DNA of 63,783 bases, the filler included, from Bipalium vagum (Eukaryota): NCBI GenBank assembly GCA_037834085.1. It is 3 parts of 3 records of this genome, joined end to end, with 100 filler letters (N's around TTAATTAATTAA, not from the genome) between each part and the next. Parts side by side here need not be neighbours in the genome. Positions count along the whole stretch, not along the records: positions 41,373 to 63,783 come from JBBMKC010221461.1; 2 more parts are not named here. One strand, written 5' to 3'. Made by a program: the position numbers and the translations under genes. Shown here piece after piece: positions 51,034 to 63,783 of the stretch. Positions within the stretch are counted from its first letter, which is position 1, and every line of letters starts with the position of its first letter. Under the pieces are notes generated by a model, which saw only the letters and a list, made by a program, of their open reading frames with translations, was not told the origin of the DNA and searched no databases.

Positions 51034-54000
51034 TAATAAAAATAATAAAAATTAGTAATATTAAAAATAATAAAAAATATTTTTTATATATCAAATATTA
51101 TTTTTCTTTATTTTGAATCTTTTATATTATATTCTGTTAAATTATATTAATTTTATATAATGTTATATTTTATTATATACATAATTGCTCGTATTATCGT
51201 ATATTGAATATAAATATATTTCAGATGTTAATACAGAAATCAATTTGAACCAAGCGTTGCAATATTTGAGCTTAATTGACCAACTAATAGTTGAACAAAA
51301 TGTTGAAATGTTAGAAAGTAATATTTTCTTTTGTATTTTCAAAAACGAATTACTTATTCCATAGAGATAATATATAGACAAATAAATAAAAAAATCACTT
51401 GATAATTGATTTTAAAACTATTAAATCTTTAATTTCACATTGAAAATTCTTTGAACTAAAATTTCGGTATTTATATTTGTAAAAATTCCAATTTCAACCG
51501 ATCAATGTCTTATCAAAAAACTCAAAAGACAAGAAAGAGTTTTATTCAAAATGTGATGCATGACAAGCAACACATTTTTATCAATGGAAAATAAATTTAT
51601 TTATTCCAATAGCATAGAAGTACGGTTTTCTGGTTCGGCATTCTGAAAAGCACTGTTGTGCAAGAATTTCCCTTGCAGGGAGTGGTAAGAATGATAAAAA
51701 AAGATAGTGAGGAGGCAACAGATCTGGTAAAATTACCGGACGAGGCAGACTTTCATATCTATAATCATTCAGCTTCTACAGGGAATGTTTTACAACGGGT
51801 GACCAAGCATTGTCGTGAAGAATTATTTGATGTTTTCTATTGACTAATGTAGACACAAAGATTGCAATAACGGTTGATTTCGTCGACTTCTTGATAATAT
51901 CATTAATTCATCATGTCAATTGCTCAGGGACTTCCTCGACATAGATCACTTTCTAGGATCTCATCTCCAATTCTAAGTGCTTCATTGATCTTGTCAATGG
52001 CTTCCGCTATGTTATTGCCGATAATTTTTTTCCAACATAAATATAAATAAATAAATATATTCATATTAATTTATATAATCGCATTAAGAACATTTATTTA
52101 TATCTTTATTAAAATAAAATAAATAATTATATACATTGTTTATATTGTACATTATAAATTTTATATTGTATACTCTTTTTCACAAATCTTCAAGGAAATT
52201 GGTCTCGAAGTGAAACAAATCTTAAATGATATTTGATAATTAAAAGCTATCTCATCCGCCACATATCAGTTACTTTTTATTGATCATTTGAAAGACAGTC
52301 GAGTATGGGTCATATTTATGGTCACTATGTAATAAGAGATCTCTATTTTTTGAAAAATTTAATTATTACTATTTATGTTTAAGAAATAGATCCAATATCA
52401 AAGTCTGTTTTGAATAGATATAGAGATCTCATAAGAGAAAGTTGTTTTTCTAACTAACTAAACCAATGTAATGGTTTAAAATTGTAAAAATTATTTTAAC
52501 AAAAACAAGACTCATTCACTCTCATTTACCTCGTAAGACTAAGAAGTACTTAGACTCCACCAGAAATAAATGAAATCAATTTAAAAATTTTTTAACAATA
52601 CGTACACATTTATAGGTCTTATTTCTCGACTAATCACTGTCTACATTCACGCACTTCCACCAGTTGACTATTCCAAAGAAGTCAATTTCAAAGAAACTTT
52701 TATTTTCTCCATAAGGAATTTCTTCATATTATATTCATATCATCCTGTGAAACAAATTTATGTCCTAGTATATGTTTCTTCAGATGATTGAACAATCAAG
52801 TCACTTGGTGCAAAATTTAGACTTTATGGAGGATGATTTAGCTGTTACTATGATATTATTTTTATCCCAAAAAACTTTCAATTTAGCACATTTATGTTGC
52901 GAAATTCTGAGACGCAAGACCTCTCATCTTCGAAAATTTCTTTGACTCTCTTTTAGAGTAAGGAAGGTAGACTAAATGGCGTCTCGACTGTAGTTACCAT
53001 ATTCGATAAAATAGTATAGTAACTGATCCAGAAGATGAAGATTCTTTTCCCAGGTCAATTTTTGTTCAGTCATCATCTCAGCTGTTTAAAAACCTTGAAA
53101 AAAACCTGTTAGATAACTTTCGAATTCCCATTTGCTCTAGAAGCAACCAAAAAATTCTTTTGCATTTATTTAGCCTCTCAGATAGCTGCGTTTGAGTAAT
53201 TTTTCGTTCATTTGTCACAATATCTTTCAATTTTCTTTAGTAATTCCTTCACTTATTTTGACAAATCTTTTACTTTTAGTTGCATCGAAAGCAATTGTTC
53301 GACCAGATGAAAATTCTCGATTCAATGGTGGCCTGAAATTGGACTTCTTCATCGTATAACTCTTGTGGCTGATTAAGAATTTTCTTCTTGCTAAATTTAT
53401 TGAGAAGTTTAAAGTGAATCAAACAGAAAAATACCACATTTTCAAACACTTTTTTGAATTAATTTAATCTAGTCCAATCAAAAATTAGGATATTTAAACT
53501 AATCGTATGTTCTATACTTACATATGATTACTATTTTAAGTGAAACTTTTAAAAAGTATCTTCAATATTTCTGGTAGAGTCTAAGTACTTCTTAACTTTA
53601 GTAAGTATATTATGATATTCATAATAAATACATGTAAGTAAAAATCCCAATGATGCTTTATCCTGAATAATTACTTTTATTCTATATTTTACAATAATTT
53701 TGAATTTTATTTAGTTGTAACCGGATATGAAACAAACAATCGATATACTATAAAGAACAATGTGGGACAACAAATTTTCTTTGCTAAAGAATGTAAGAAT
53801 ATTTTTTGGATATTTATTTTAACTAATTCATACCAATCTTAATACCCAATTCTTATATTAATTACTTCAGATGAGACTTTCACCAGTTTTTTCCATACTG
53901 AATTAAATGTTTAATATTACAATATTGAAGTTATCATTAGACTTATTTGACATTTGTTTATTTATTGAAAAAAATATGTGCACGAATCTAATTACGTGTG

Positions 54001-57000
54001 CAAATTAATAATTATCAAAAACTAAAAAATATAAATAAAATAAAAATAAATATAAAATATAATAAAATATTTAAATAAATATAAATAAAATAATAGTTAA
54101 AGTTTTGAAGTGATATCAAGCAATTAATAAAAAAGTGAAGTTCTAGATCTATCGATAAGAATAAATGTATCTGCTTAGATATTATATACTATATACTTTT
54201 ATTATATATTATATATTTTTATATATTTATATCTTGTCAAGACATACATATTAATACATATTAATATTTTATGTTGGATCAATGGATATTAAAAGAAAAC
54301 AAAGGAGAGCACTGAAATTTTTTGACAAAAATGAATTTGACAAGCGATATTCAAAGAAGAATAAGAAATGTCTACAAAATGTTACACATAATTACAAATA
54401 GTAATAAATATAAATAATAATAAAAATATAAAAAAAAAAAAATATATAAAAAATAATATATCTCTATCTATATATATAATATCATATAAAAAAATATATA
54501 ATATAAATAATAATAATAAATACAAAATAAATTGAGAGAAACGAGTGAATTTGGCAAGAAAAGAAGTGGTACCTTACCGACTCGAATCACAAATGAGAAT
54601 ACGAACATTAATGTACTGATTCAAGAAGAACAGAATATAAGCATAACAAATATTGCAAATGTTATTAATGTGTTTTATGGTTCTGCCATTTAGTAATTCA
54701 TGGTTGTGATATGAAGGTCTGTGCAAAAAGGGTTTCTCGATTGCTAATAGAATATTTGAAGCTTAAAAGGCTTTTTATTTGTATTGAGCTTCTACAGATG
54801 TTAAAATCAAAAAATGACTTATTTTTCTGGATATAGTTCAATGTGATGAAACTTGTATTTATCTCTAAGACTCAAAAAGTATCACACAATCGATGAATTA
54901 AAAAAAAATTCCAAAACAGAAAGATTATTTAAAGATTTTTTCAGGATAAAAATGATTTAGTCCTTGCTAACTTGAAACAAAATAACACCATAAACAGTAC
55001 GTCCTCCATCAACACTCTGCATAAGCTTAATGACAGTATAGAGAAAAAGAAGAGATAAAAAGATGATATTTCTATCAAAATTCATCAGGATTATATTAGG
55101 TGGCACATTTGTTTTTGAAAATTCAACTGATTGCTAAAATGGGGGAAGGTCAATTGTTCCTCATCCAGTATACATTTCTGATATATGTTTTTATTTGTTG
55201 GGATCAATTCAAGATTATTAGTTTGTATAACGAATCGACAGCATAGAGAAGCTCAAAATCACTTTAAAGTCCTGGTTCAAAAAAGCTCTCAAGATTTTAA
55301 CAAAAACGAATTTTACTAAAAATAACTTTCAAAAATATAATATTAAATCTTGAAAAATTATCAAAGTTAGAGAATTAAGCCCGATAACAGTTTCGTATAA
55401 GATAGAGTTATGGATAAATATTTAATCTTTATAAATCTCTCTTATACTATAAAATATACACATAAAATAAATCTGTGAAAATGAATTTATCCTTTTTCTC
55501 TTACGATTGATGAACAATTACCAAAATGAAAATATCTCAAGGGTTCACCAGTTAATTATTTTAATTTCTTTTCTCTTTCTAAATCAAATAAAACTCTAAG
55601 AGAGGCTTGAGGGGTTATTACATATAGAAAATCTAATTAATTGATATAATTCAATTTAAGAGAAAGCACAGAGGATATACTTGTTTCCTAAAAAATATAA
55701 ATTATACATTCATAATCTGCTTCTCTTTAGATTATTTCTGATCAGTTATTATAACTCTAAGTATTTTTTTGTTTTTCTTTATTAAATTATACCGACTTGT
55801 TTTCCAATTTTCTATAAATATTGGACAAAATGTTGGTCCAAATGGCAATCCCATGGAAACGTCGTTTATCTCAGTATGGTGGTTCATTGGTAAATAAAAT
55901 GAAATATCTTTGGTACAGAATTCTAATAATTTTCTCATGCTTAAACTGTCCACAAAATTATTTTCAAAGTTATCCTTCTGAAGAAGCACAAAAAAGAGAG
56001 ACATAATAAACTTGAAATACCAAATTTTATTTGTTCAAATGAGGACTTCATATATCATAAAAATTAGTATGGTTATAATTGAAAAAATATTAGGTATACG
56101 CCTTGAAAGTAAATAGTTGTAATAAAGAAAATTTATTTATTTGTTCAAATAAACTATTGAATATATTTTGTTTATGCATTTTTAAAAAATAATCTATAAA
56201 AAATATTCTGATATCTTTAATTATATCTTATTTTCATTAGTTTTACATGGCAGTTATTTTACCAAATAAGCAACATTTGCGCGAAGTGATGTTATTTCAT
56301 TTTGTTGGAGCTTACTGGACAATGATCTTTTAAAAGCCGCTTGGAAAAGATAGTTTGCACGTTTCGGAAAGAAGGATTTATGGTGGAAGAGAAACAGCGT
56401 CCAGGATAAACGAAAGTATTTGAAGATCAAAACTTGGAAGTATTGCTGGCTGAAGATACATGCCAAACTTAAACTGATCTTGCTAAATAATTAAATGCTT
56501 CTCAACCTTCAATTAATCGACATCTAAAACCCATTGGAAGGGTAAACAAAGTTTGAAGATGGGTACCATACGAGCTCCAAGTAAAAGACCTGAATAGACG
56601 TAAAGTCACAAGTGAGATTATGCCTGCTCGAATAAAAAGGAAAAGTTTCCTGCACCGAATTATTACGGGTGACAAAAAGTGAACTTCTTTCAAAAACCCT
56701 AAACGCAGAAAAAAAATTTGCGATTCCGGACAACCCTTTAAAGCAATACCAAAGAGAAACATCCATAGGCAAAAGGCTCTCCTAAGCATGTTGTGGGACC
56801 AAAACGGTGTCATCCATCATGAGTTCCTAAAGCAAGGTGAAACAGTTACAGAGGTGTTGTACCGAGAACAATTTATACGTCTAAGCCAGACAAATCAGAT
56901 CGGAATATTTGAAAAGGAAGCACAAAGTAATTTTGCAGCATGACAACACCCGGACACATGTCAACAAACGAGCCCAGGAAACGTTAGACTGGTATTTGTT

Positions 57001-59839
57001 TCGGTGGATGGTACATTCACTTTCCGAAAAGCACTTCTAATCCTTTGTGGGAGCTGAAAACCAGATCGCTGATTGCACAGCTACCAAAGATTCTGATTTC
57101 TGTTTTCGAAGAAATCATCAGTATCTTGAAAAACGGGAGAAAGTTATTATTAACGATGGAAAATATTTTGAATAAATTAACCTTTTCCTGTTCTGTTTAC
57201 CTTATGTTTATATTAATTATTAAATAAAGAAACAATATTGTAAATGAAGACTTAATTTCAATGCATAAACCTAATAAATAATTTGTATTCTTATTATTTT
57301 AAGTGTAATTAAAGATTAAAATTAACTAAAAAGTCACCAAAAATTGTTTATTAACGATTTTAGTTTAAGTTCTGAAACTGAAATATTGACAGTTTAAATA
57401 TCTATTTAGCCACAGATTTCTGCCTGAGAAATTGTCTAGGAGCACAGCGACCGTTTACTATTCATATGGAAGACAATTTCGGAGTCGAAGTGATGCAGAT
57501 AATTCGACCTTATAAATGTAACTTTTTATGCCATTGCGTGAGTTGCTTGGAATGTTGCAAAGACGAAATTGAGGTTCAATTTCCGATTGGGGTTACAGTA
57601 GGATATGTGCAGCAACTCTATGAGGGTTGTTTTATTAGATATTCTATAAAGAATCAGCTGAAAGAGACAGTCTTAAAATTACACGGTCCTTCTTACTTTT
57701 ACTGCTACTGTCCAGGAGATGATGTACCATTTTTAGTGAGAATATTTCTAATTTAATATAACGATAGATAACATTTTTAATTGAGTTATTTTTTCAGTTA
57801 AAGATAAATATTTTATATTTATAATTTTTTGCTCTTTACCATAATTTAAGGTCAGAAGAAATTGAATATTGTATTATAAAATTTTATATCGTAAATTAAA
57901 TTTAAATGTGATATTGGCCCCTATGATTACCAATTATTACACTATGGCGCAGTTCCTTCGTCGTAAAACTTTCGAGAACCTTAACGAGGTTAAAAAATTT
58001 TTCGCCTCGAAATCTTCAAAGTCGTATCGAGCTGCAAACCAAAATTTGGCTGAAAGATGGTTATAAGTCATAGAAAATAATGGGTTTTACTTTGAAAATT
58101 AAATATGATTGTAATATGCACTTTTGTACATTTGAACTTTATTGAATAAAGGTAACATAACATATGGGACACCCTATTAATAATACTCGAACTATTGTTT
58201 TTTCATAAATCATTCTAAAGTATAAAAAAAATGTAATAGAGTTAAAATTATAAAAATATTGTATTTAAGTACACATAGATTCAGCTTTTCAGTAGTTTTA
58301 AAATGATACCACTTTTTGGGTGAATCTAAAATTTAAATGATGTGGTTAAACAAATACTTAAGGTAACTAAAAAATGAAAAACTTGTGACTCACCCTAGTA
58401 AATTACACGGTTTTACTTCTATTTTGACATTTTAAAGGTTACTTTGAATATTTTATTCATGAATAATTTTTTTATTCAAGCAATTGGAATGTAAGAAGTT
58501 ATATTCTCGTGAAATCCAGAACATTCTTCATTCTTAATTGATCGTCCTCCTTGAATTATCAATTCCATTAAATCTTTCCTTTCTAACATATTCCTTCCAG
58601 CTGAAAATAGATTTTCGATGGTGTTCAAGAAAGGCGGATAGGGAGTTAAAAAATAATATTCAATCCATTTTCTTCAATCAAATTTTTATTCTTTTACTTT
58701 TGTTGAAAAAATTTGTTTTTTATTTTTTTACTCAAAAAAAAAAGAAGATTCTACTTCAAAACGGTAATTTCTTTGCTTTTTACATAATTGGTATTCAGTT
58801 ATCCATTTTTCTTACCTTTCCAATTTGATTTAAATGACGAATTATAGTGATATGATCGATGCTGAGTTATTCTGTTACTTACATATAGTGGTTTTTGATG
58901 ATAACTTTACATAATCACTGTAAATGTTCTTGGTATTCAATGATTTCATCTCCTCCCAAAAACGTTCGTATCAACATTGCACACACGATCATTAATTACT
59001 CCTTAGTCATATGCATTATTATCTTTTGCAAGCCGTTTCAGAATCTTTTTTGCCTAATGTGGTACTCGTTAAAGAAAATTGCTCTAATGTGACTCTTCCA
59101 TGTTCCGTTAAATCGGCTGGAAAATTTATAATTAATACTAACTTTACATTATTTATAATAAGAAATACTAAATGACATTCGGGCTTTCAAACGATTTCAA
59201 AAATATGACCATTATTTAAACATAATGTACTTTGAAATATATAAAGTTAAATAATTAAAAAAATAAATAATTAATTAAATTCTAATAATGTAAAGTACTT
59301 TCAATTATTTGAATTACTTTGAAAATTATTTTTTTAATTTATGGTTATAAATTTCACCAAATTTGAGAAAAAAGTGCTTTGAAATATCTTACTGACATTA
59401 AAAATATTTAAAAATTTTATTCTAATTTTATATAATATTTTCTGAGAAAAAATATTACTCATTATTCATTCAAACCAAACTTTTCGTAAAATATCATTTT
59501 AAAAGAAAAATAGTTTTAAAAAATGCAAAAATTAGTTTTACAGTTAATCAATAATTATTACCATTAAAAAGCAATAAAGATATTATCTTAAGCTCATGTC
59601 TGAAGATGGCATTAATGAGGTCGGGAAAATATCAAAACAATGGACAAATTTATTTAAAGAAATCTACACTGATGCTGATAATTATTGCGTTCAATTTCCT
59701 ATTGATCTGGACTCTCGCATCAAAGCCGTCGTACTTGGATCAGTTTTCCTCATAGTAAAACATTAGATATTTTATACTAATAATTATTTTCATGGTTTAG
59801 GACTTTATGTATTTCGAAAATAAAAGAAAGGAAAAATGA
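48042..59839 (+). CDS. Phospholipid scramblase; exons 48042-48213, (50576-50599 candidate), 51225-51317, 53715-53792, 57410-57735, 59593-59754, 59801-59839
   Basis: LQYLSLIDQLIVEQNVEMLE; TGYETNNRYTIKNNVGQQIFFAKE; CLRNCLGAQRPF; Cys-rich segment; VGKISKQW..EIYTDADNYCVQFPIDLD..KAVVLGSVFLIDFMYFE. GT-AG phases are consistent; the first exon is less certain. Confidence 0.92.
48963..49908 (-). mobile_element. Copy C: tRNA-Ala-like LTR split by an internally deleted RLE retrotransposon, followed by PBS/gag start; antisense in a scramblase intron
   Basis: Minus strand: tgtgagataaattaaaaattagtct-GGGGATGTAGCTCAGTGGTCAGAGCAgtccttgtggatgtga | LVYGDDVVLLA..LKFQPPKCAF..YRYF, deletion, ILKSLQISKRKSAEIGKFSVSSNTEWS, 3' UTR | gttcgaatacc(deletion)aaca-tgacaaccacaccag. 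Confidence 0.85.
49839..49883 (-). pseudogene. 5' portion of tRNA-Ala-like sequence (acceptor 5' strand, D-arm/A-box, reduced anticodon hairpin)
   Basis: GGGGATG-TA-GCTC-AGTGGTCA-GAGC-A-GTCC-TTGT-GGAT; homologous to 40852-40889. Confidence 0.75.
50966..51050. repeat. (AAT)n microsatellite
   Basis: About 20 tandem aat units, then aaaataata units. Confidence 0.95.
52529..53606 (-). mobile_element. Decayed mariner-like element with both TIRs, in scramblase intron
   Basis: Inverted aagaagtacttagactccaccagaaata / tatttctggtagagtctaagtacttctt; NERKITQTQLSERL...MGIRKLS region. Confidence 0.75.
54540..55310 (+). mobile_element. Decayed mariner remnant
   Basis: MKVCAKRVSRLL, IVQCDETCIY, IHQD and VPHP fragments. 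Confidence 0.7.
55490..56010 (-). mobile_element. Penelope-like RT fragment
   Basis: LLEFCTKDISF....H.EINDVSMGLPFGPTFCPIF matches the Penelope RT LxLCT..F.F...Y.Q.DGVAMGSPLGP pattern. Confidence 0.65.
56090..57274 (+). mobile_element. Near full-length inactivated mariner in scramblase intron
   Basis: TA-ttaggtatacgccttgaaa ... tttcaatgcataaacctaa-TA; WVPYEL, FLHRIITGDKK and ILQHDNTRTH motifs. Confidence 0.9.
57910..58180 (+). mobile_element. Mariner 3' fragment
   Basis: MAQFLRRKTFEN..VKKFFASKS..LAERWL*VIENNGFYFE, ending catatgggacaccctat-ta. Confidence 0.7.
58440..59120 (-). mobile_element. Mariner remnant
   Basis: LSIDHITIIRHLNQIGKVRKMD..IP and a decayed 3' part. Confidence 0.6.
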
Positions 59840-61299
59840 AATTGACATTTACACTATCTTGTAATGATTTTTGCACTAATTTACAAAGCAAAAACTAGTT
59901 CACTTTTTCCTATTAAGGAGATTTATATTGTTTTAATTGAAATTCCACGAAGGGCTTTTATAGACTTTATTCAGCTTCTTCTTAATTGTAGACTTTATAT
60001 CATAGGAAATTGAGAGTAATTTAAGGACAAATATAATGATATATACATGTAATAATGTAATATATAAACAAGAACTTTAATAAAAAGGGTAATGATACTG
60101 TTTTATGTTGTTTAAATCAATGCAATTACACTTGGTCAATTGGTTGTGGGCATTTGTGCAACTTAAGATGTAAGTCGACTTTACATCATTACATGTTCTG
60201 TAATAGAACGAAAGTTCCAAATTTCTTTTATCAAGTCTTATTTTCAATGTATGACCCTTTCCAATCTCAAACAGTATCCTTTGTCAAAGTTTTGAATTGT
60301 TCTTCACAATTTTTCAATTATTACTATTAACCTTTATATAATACAAAACACAGAAAGCTGCACTTAAAAATTAAAATTATTACTCAATAAATAACAAATA
60401 TTAAATTGATAATAAATTATTAATTAAAATTATCAATCCAATCAATAATAAATATATTTTTATTTACTTAAAATAAACGAATACAAATTTTTTATACTAT
60501 AGAAAAATTCAATTGATTTGAAACAATTTTTAATAAATCTGAAAAATATTTATGTCAATAATATTTTAATATGGAAAAAATAATTTCACTAAATAATTTT
60601 AATTAGAAAAAATAATTTTACTTAAAATGTCTGACAGATTGTGAAAATTAAAAAATCTAATAGAGACTATGTTAAAAAAAATTATTTCTTGAACATAATT
60701 TTCGTTTTACAATTTTTTAAAAATAAAAAAACATAATAGAAACATAATGAAAATTTTATTAATAAAAATGTTTCAATTTTATAATCTGTTAAATTGAAAA
60801 ACAGAATTTGTACTTTTAAGAAAAGAAATTTCATTTAGAATCTCGTTTTCTTTTAGAATGAAAAAACGATAAAATATTATCAAAATAATATTTTAATAAT
60901 ACAAATCTTGTGCTTTATTGATTACCAACCTTTTTTGATATAGGTAAAATAGGATAAATAACGACCAAGAGAGTGATACAAATTAAATCGTACAAGTAAA
61001 ACACTGTGGAGAACCTTTGACTTTTGCCTAAATAAGCAACCAAATATGATTTACTGTTTTTAATATCATTGTTACTTTCTCCGACTTAACTTTACATAAG
61101 TTTTATTATTTTCTAAGACATTAAAGCTTCTGGAGTAAAATGACCCGTAGGTCAATTTCCTATTTATAAATTTAATACCAAAGTTTTATTGAAAATTGAA
61201 TTTTTAGTGATTTTTATTAATTTAATATGAAAAAATATATAGAGAAAAAAAATTATCGAATTCTATTATTAAGCAAGTGTTCCATTATTTTAACACAAA

Positions 61300-61830
61300 G
61301 AAAAAATATAAAAAATTTCAGAATCAGAAAACCAGGAAATCGTAACCTGGTCAAAATTTTTGATCAATCGGATTCTATCAAGGATTTAGAACGCATCGGG
61401 ACACTAATTCCAGTACATTTTCAAACAAATGTCGTTTGTATACAGGACAGCTTCTGGAAGACTCACAATTATCTACTCGCACAGGTTGTGGACAAGTTGG
61501 AGTTTCAAGAACTTTTTTGTAGTGCATATTAACATATTTAAATATGCCCCGGACAAAACCTAAATGGTTTAAAGCCTAATACTAATAGATTAGTAGTAGC
61601 GGATAAACTACACAATTTCACTTCCAAATATGGCTAGAAAAAACAGAAATTTTATTGACAAAATAATTATGGGAGATGAACAGCAATTTCACTTGAATGG
61701 CTATGTCAATAAACAAAATACAAAATTTTGGTATACCAAGAATTCAAAGATGATCCATTCACATGAATTGATTCCTCTTAAGATGACAGTTTGGTGCGGT
61801 GTAACATGTGAGAAGATAAAAAAAGAAATT
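61300..61830 (+). mobile_element. rosa/maT-type Tc1-mariner transposase fragment
   Basis: IIMGDEQQFHLNGYVNKQNTKFW...PLKMTVWCGV. Confidence 0.8.
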
Positions 61831-61859
61831 CTGAAAATGTGCCTGTTAATATATACTTT

Positions 61860-62340
61860 AAAATGAAAAGTTACTTCATCTGTGTAAATTAGATTTCCAA
61901 GAACAACCGAACTATTATTGATTTCATTCATCAAGGTTTGAAACATTGCTGCTTTTTTGCATAAACTTCGTCGTGTAGTTGATGAAGCTTTTGTATTTTG
62001 TTTGGATAAAATTGAAGGTTAGATATTAATATCAATATACCTTGCATTTCTTACAGATGTTATAAGACACTTCATAATCTGGAAAAGTTTCTCATTATTT
62101 TAATCACCAATTGATCATTTTTCAAGCTATGGGTTATTATATGAACTACGGGTTTTCAAAAAAAATATTTTGCAAAGGTCAGGGTTATGGTCTTCATTGT
62201 TAGTATATTTTATTTATTTCAACTATCTTAAAAATCATCCTTTTGATCTTGTTGAATTCATTTTAGCCATCAGCAATATGATTTCCACTTGTTCTTTGAA
62301 TCAAGATTCCGGATTATTCGACCTTGAATTTGGTGTATAT
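61860..62340 (-). mobile_element. Tc1-like 5' fragment
   Basis: LIYTDEVTFH motif and a decayed HTH region upstream. Confidence 0.5.
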
Positions 62341-62640
62341 AAATTAGATTTTTTAACTTATTAAAATAATTAGACGCTTATACAAAATTTCAAAAATTCT
62401 ATTGTTATATAAAAATAAATGTTTTGTGTTGTTTTAAAGTCCGATATTTACTTATTATCCACACTGTATTTCTAATGATACGAAGATCAATTTTTTTGCA
62501 ATATAATCAAAGATAAAAATGTTTCTAATTTTCAGATATTTCTAGATTTATTTTCGATGTGTCCTTTAAAATAATATATTTAAAGTTTTTACTTCTCTGA
62601 TCTTTTTGACAACCCAAGTAGTGATTTAAGAGGTTAATTA

Positions 62641-62895
62641 TTAGGTATATGCATTGAAAGTGAGCCTTTTTTAAAAAGCTGTGATAAAGAAAATGTTTTC
62701 ATTTGTTTAAATAAACTATTTGAATATATATTGTTTGTCCATTTTTTCAAAAATAATCTATAAAACATTAATAACGATGGAAAATAATTTGAATAAATTA
62801 CCTTTTTCGTTCTATGTTAACTTAACATTTATATTACTTAGTAAATAAAGAAACGATATTGTAGAAAAAGGCTCACTTTCAATGCATAAACCTGA
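62641..62895 (+). mobile_element. 255-bp MITE/deletion derivative of the 56090-57274 mariner family
   Basis: TIRs ttaggtatatgcattgaaagtgagcctttt / aaaaggctcactttcaatgcataaacctga, TA-flanked. Both subterminal regions match the ends of 56090-57274. Confidence 0.9.
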
Positions 62896-63715
62896 TAGAA
62901 TGTTTAAGTTTAAAAACCCTCTGATGAAGTTTAGAATTTAAGATTTCATTTTAGACAAAATTAGTTTGATCTCAGTGAATGACATCGACATTCACAATCA
63001 CAAATATTCCATTTTGAACAGCTCAAAAACCAGTTAACACCCACAAGTTCCATTCTTTGAATTTGGGAGGACTCTAAAGGATACAAAAATCATTAAATTC
63101 TCATGTTATCACTGCAAATAAATTTTTTTTATTTATTGTGCAATATTTCATTTATTATGACTTACAGTTTAACTTGATTAGTTTCAGTGAAATTTTATAT
63201 TTCGTAAAATATACTTAAGTGAGAAAATAAAACCTAAAGTATATACGGTAGTACTACAACAGGAAAAAACAATATATTTTTCTTAGAAAATTGAATCGAC
63301 CAAAATATAATCAGAATGAAAATTAAATTTACTGTCCCTCTTTCTGTCTTTCTACGCTTTTTCTTTCTATTTTTGCGAAAAGTGGTCTGAGAGATGATTT
63401 TCTTCATAGAAATTGATTCTCCAGGTAAAATCAATAATAAATTTTCTAGTTTTTAAAATAATCAATTAACACATTTTTGAAGCAAAAAAATATTCCAAAA
63501 TATTTAATATTTTTAATATCAATTTATATAATAATAATAATATGTAATACTATTTTTATTTTAATTATTTTTAAATTAATTTTAGAAATAATAAAATTAT
63601 TTATAACAATTTCTCTAAATTTCATTTACCAATATCTGATTTAATAAAGAATCTAATATTAAAAATATTGCCAAATCATTTATTAATGTATCTTAAATTA
63701 ATATTATTCTTCTTC

Positions 63716-63783
<68 letters not shown>
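63716..63783. repeat. (TTA)n microsatellite to window end
   Basis: More than 20 perfect tta units. Confidence 0.97.

Noticed and set aside
63716-63783. Telomere-like repeat at window end
   Set aside because: (TTA)n is a common microsatellite also found internally, at about 13030 and 50970.

Overview
Very AT-rich animal (invertebrate-type) genomic DNA with many 44-53 nt spliceosomal introns. It consists of three contigs joined by artificial N-TTAATTAATTAA-N linkers (19739-19838, 41273-41372), plus one ordinary N gap. Host genes, all on the + strand: a TMEM26-like gene (3' exons only), the first exon of an SLC22-type transporter, a secreted C-type-lectin + PAN/apple-like protein, a complete 9-exon ZFYVE1/DFCP1 (with a GC-AG intron) and a complete phospholipid scramblase. 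The rest is mostly decayed transposons: many mariner/Tc1 copies and MITEs, three Merlin copies (one intron-containing, nested in a mariner with an 8-bp TSD), gypsy fragments, a Penelope fragment and a degraded Polinton/adintovirus-like gene cluster. The most unusual structure occurs three times (about 26790-27560, 39083-40911, 48963-49908). A short TG...CA LTR is built around a tRNA-Ala-like sequence (G3:U70 retained), and that tRNA is split just before the T-loop by a Utopia/NeSL-like restriction-like-endonuclease (RLE) non-LTR retrotransposon. Two of the three copies continue into a PBS and a gag start. This suggests a target-specific LINE parasitising the tRNA-derived LTR of a gypsy element, or a co-mobilised LTR/LINE composite. 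All family assignments come from motifs read by eye; no database search was run.
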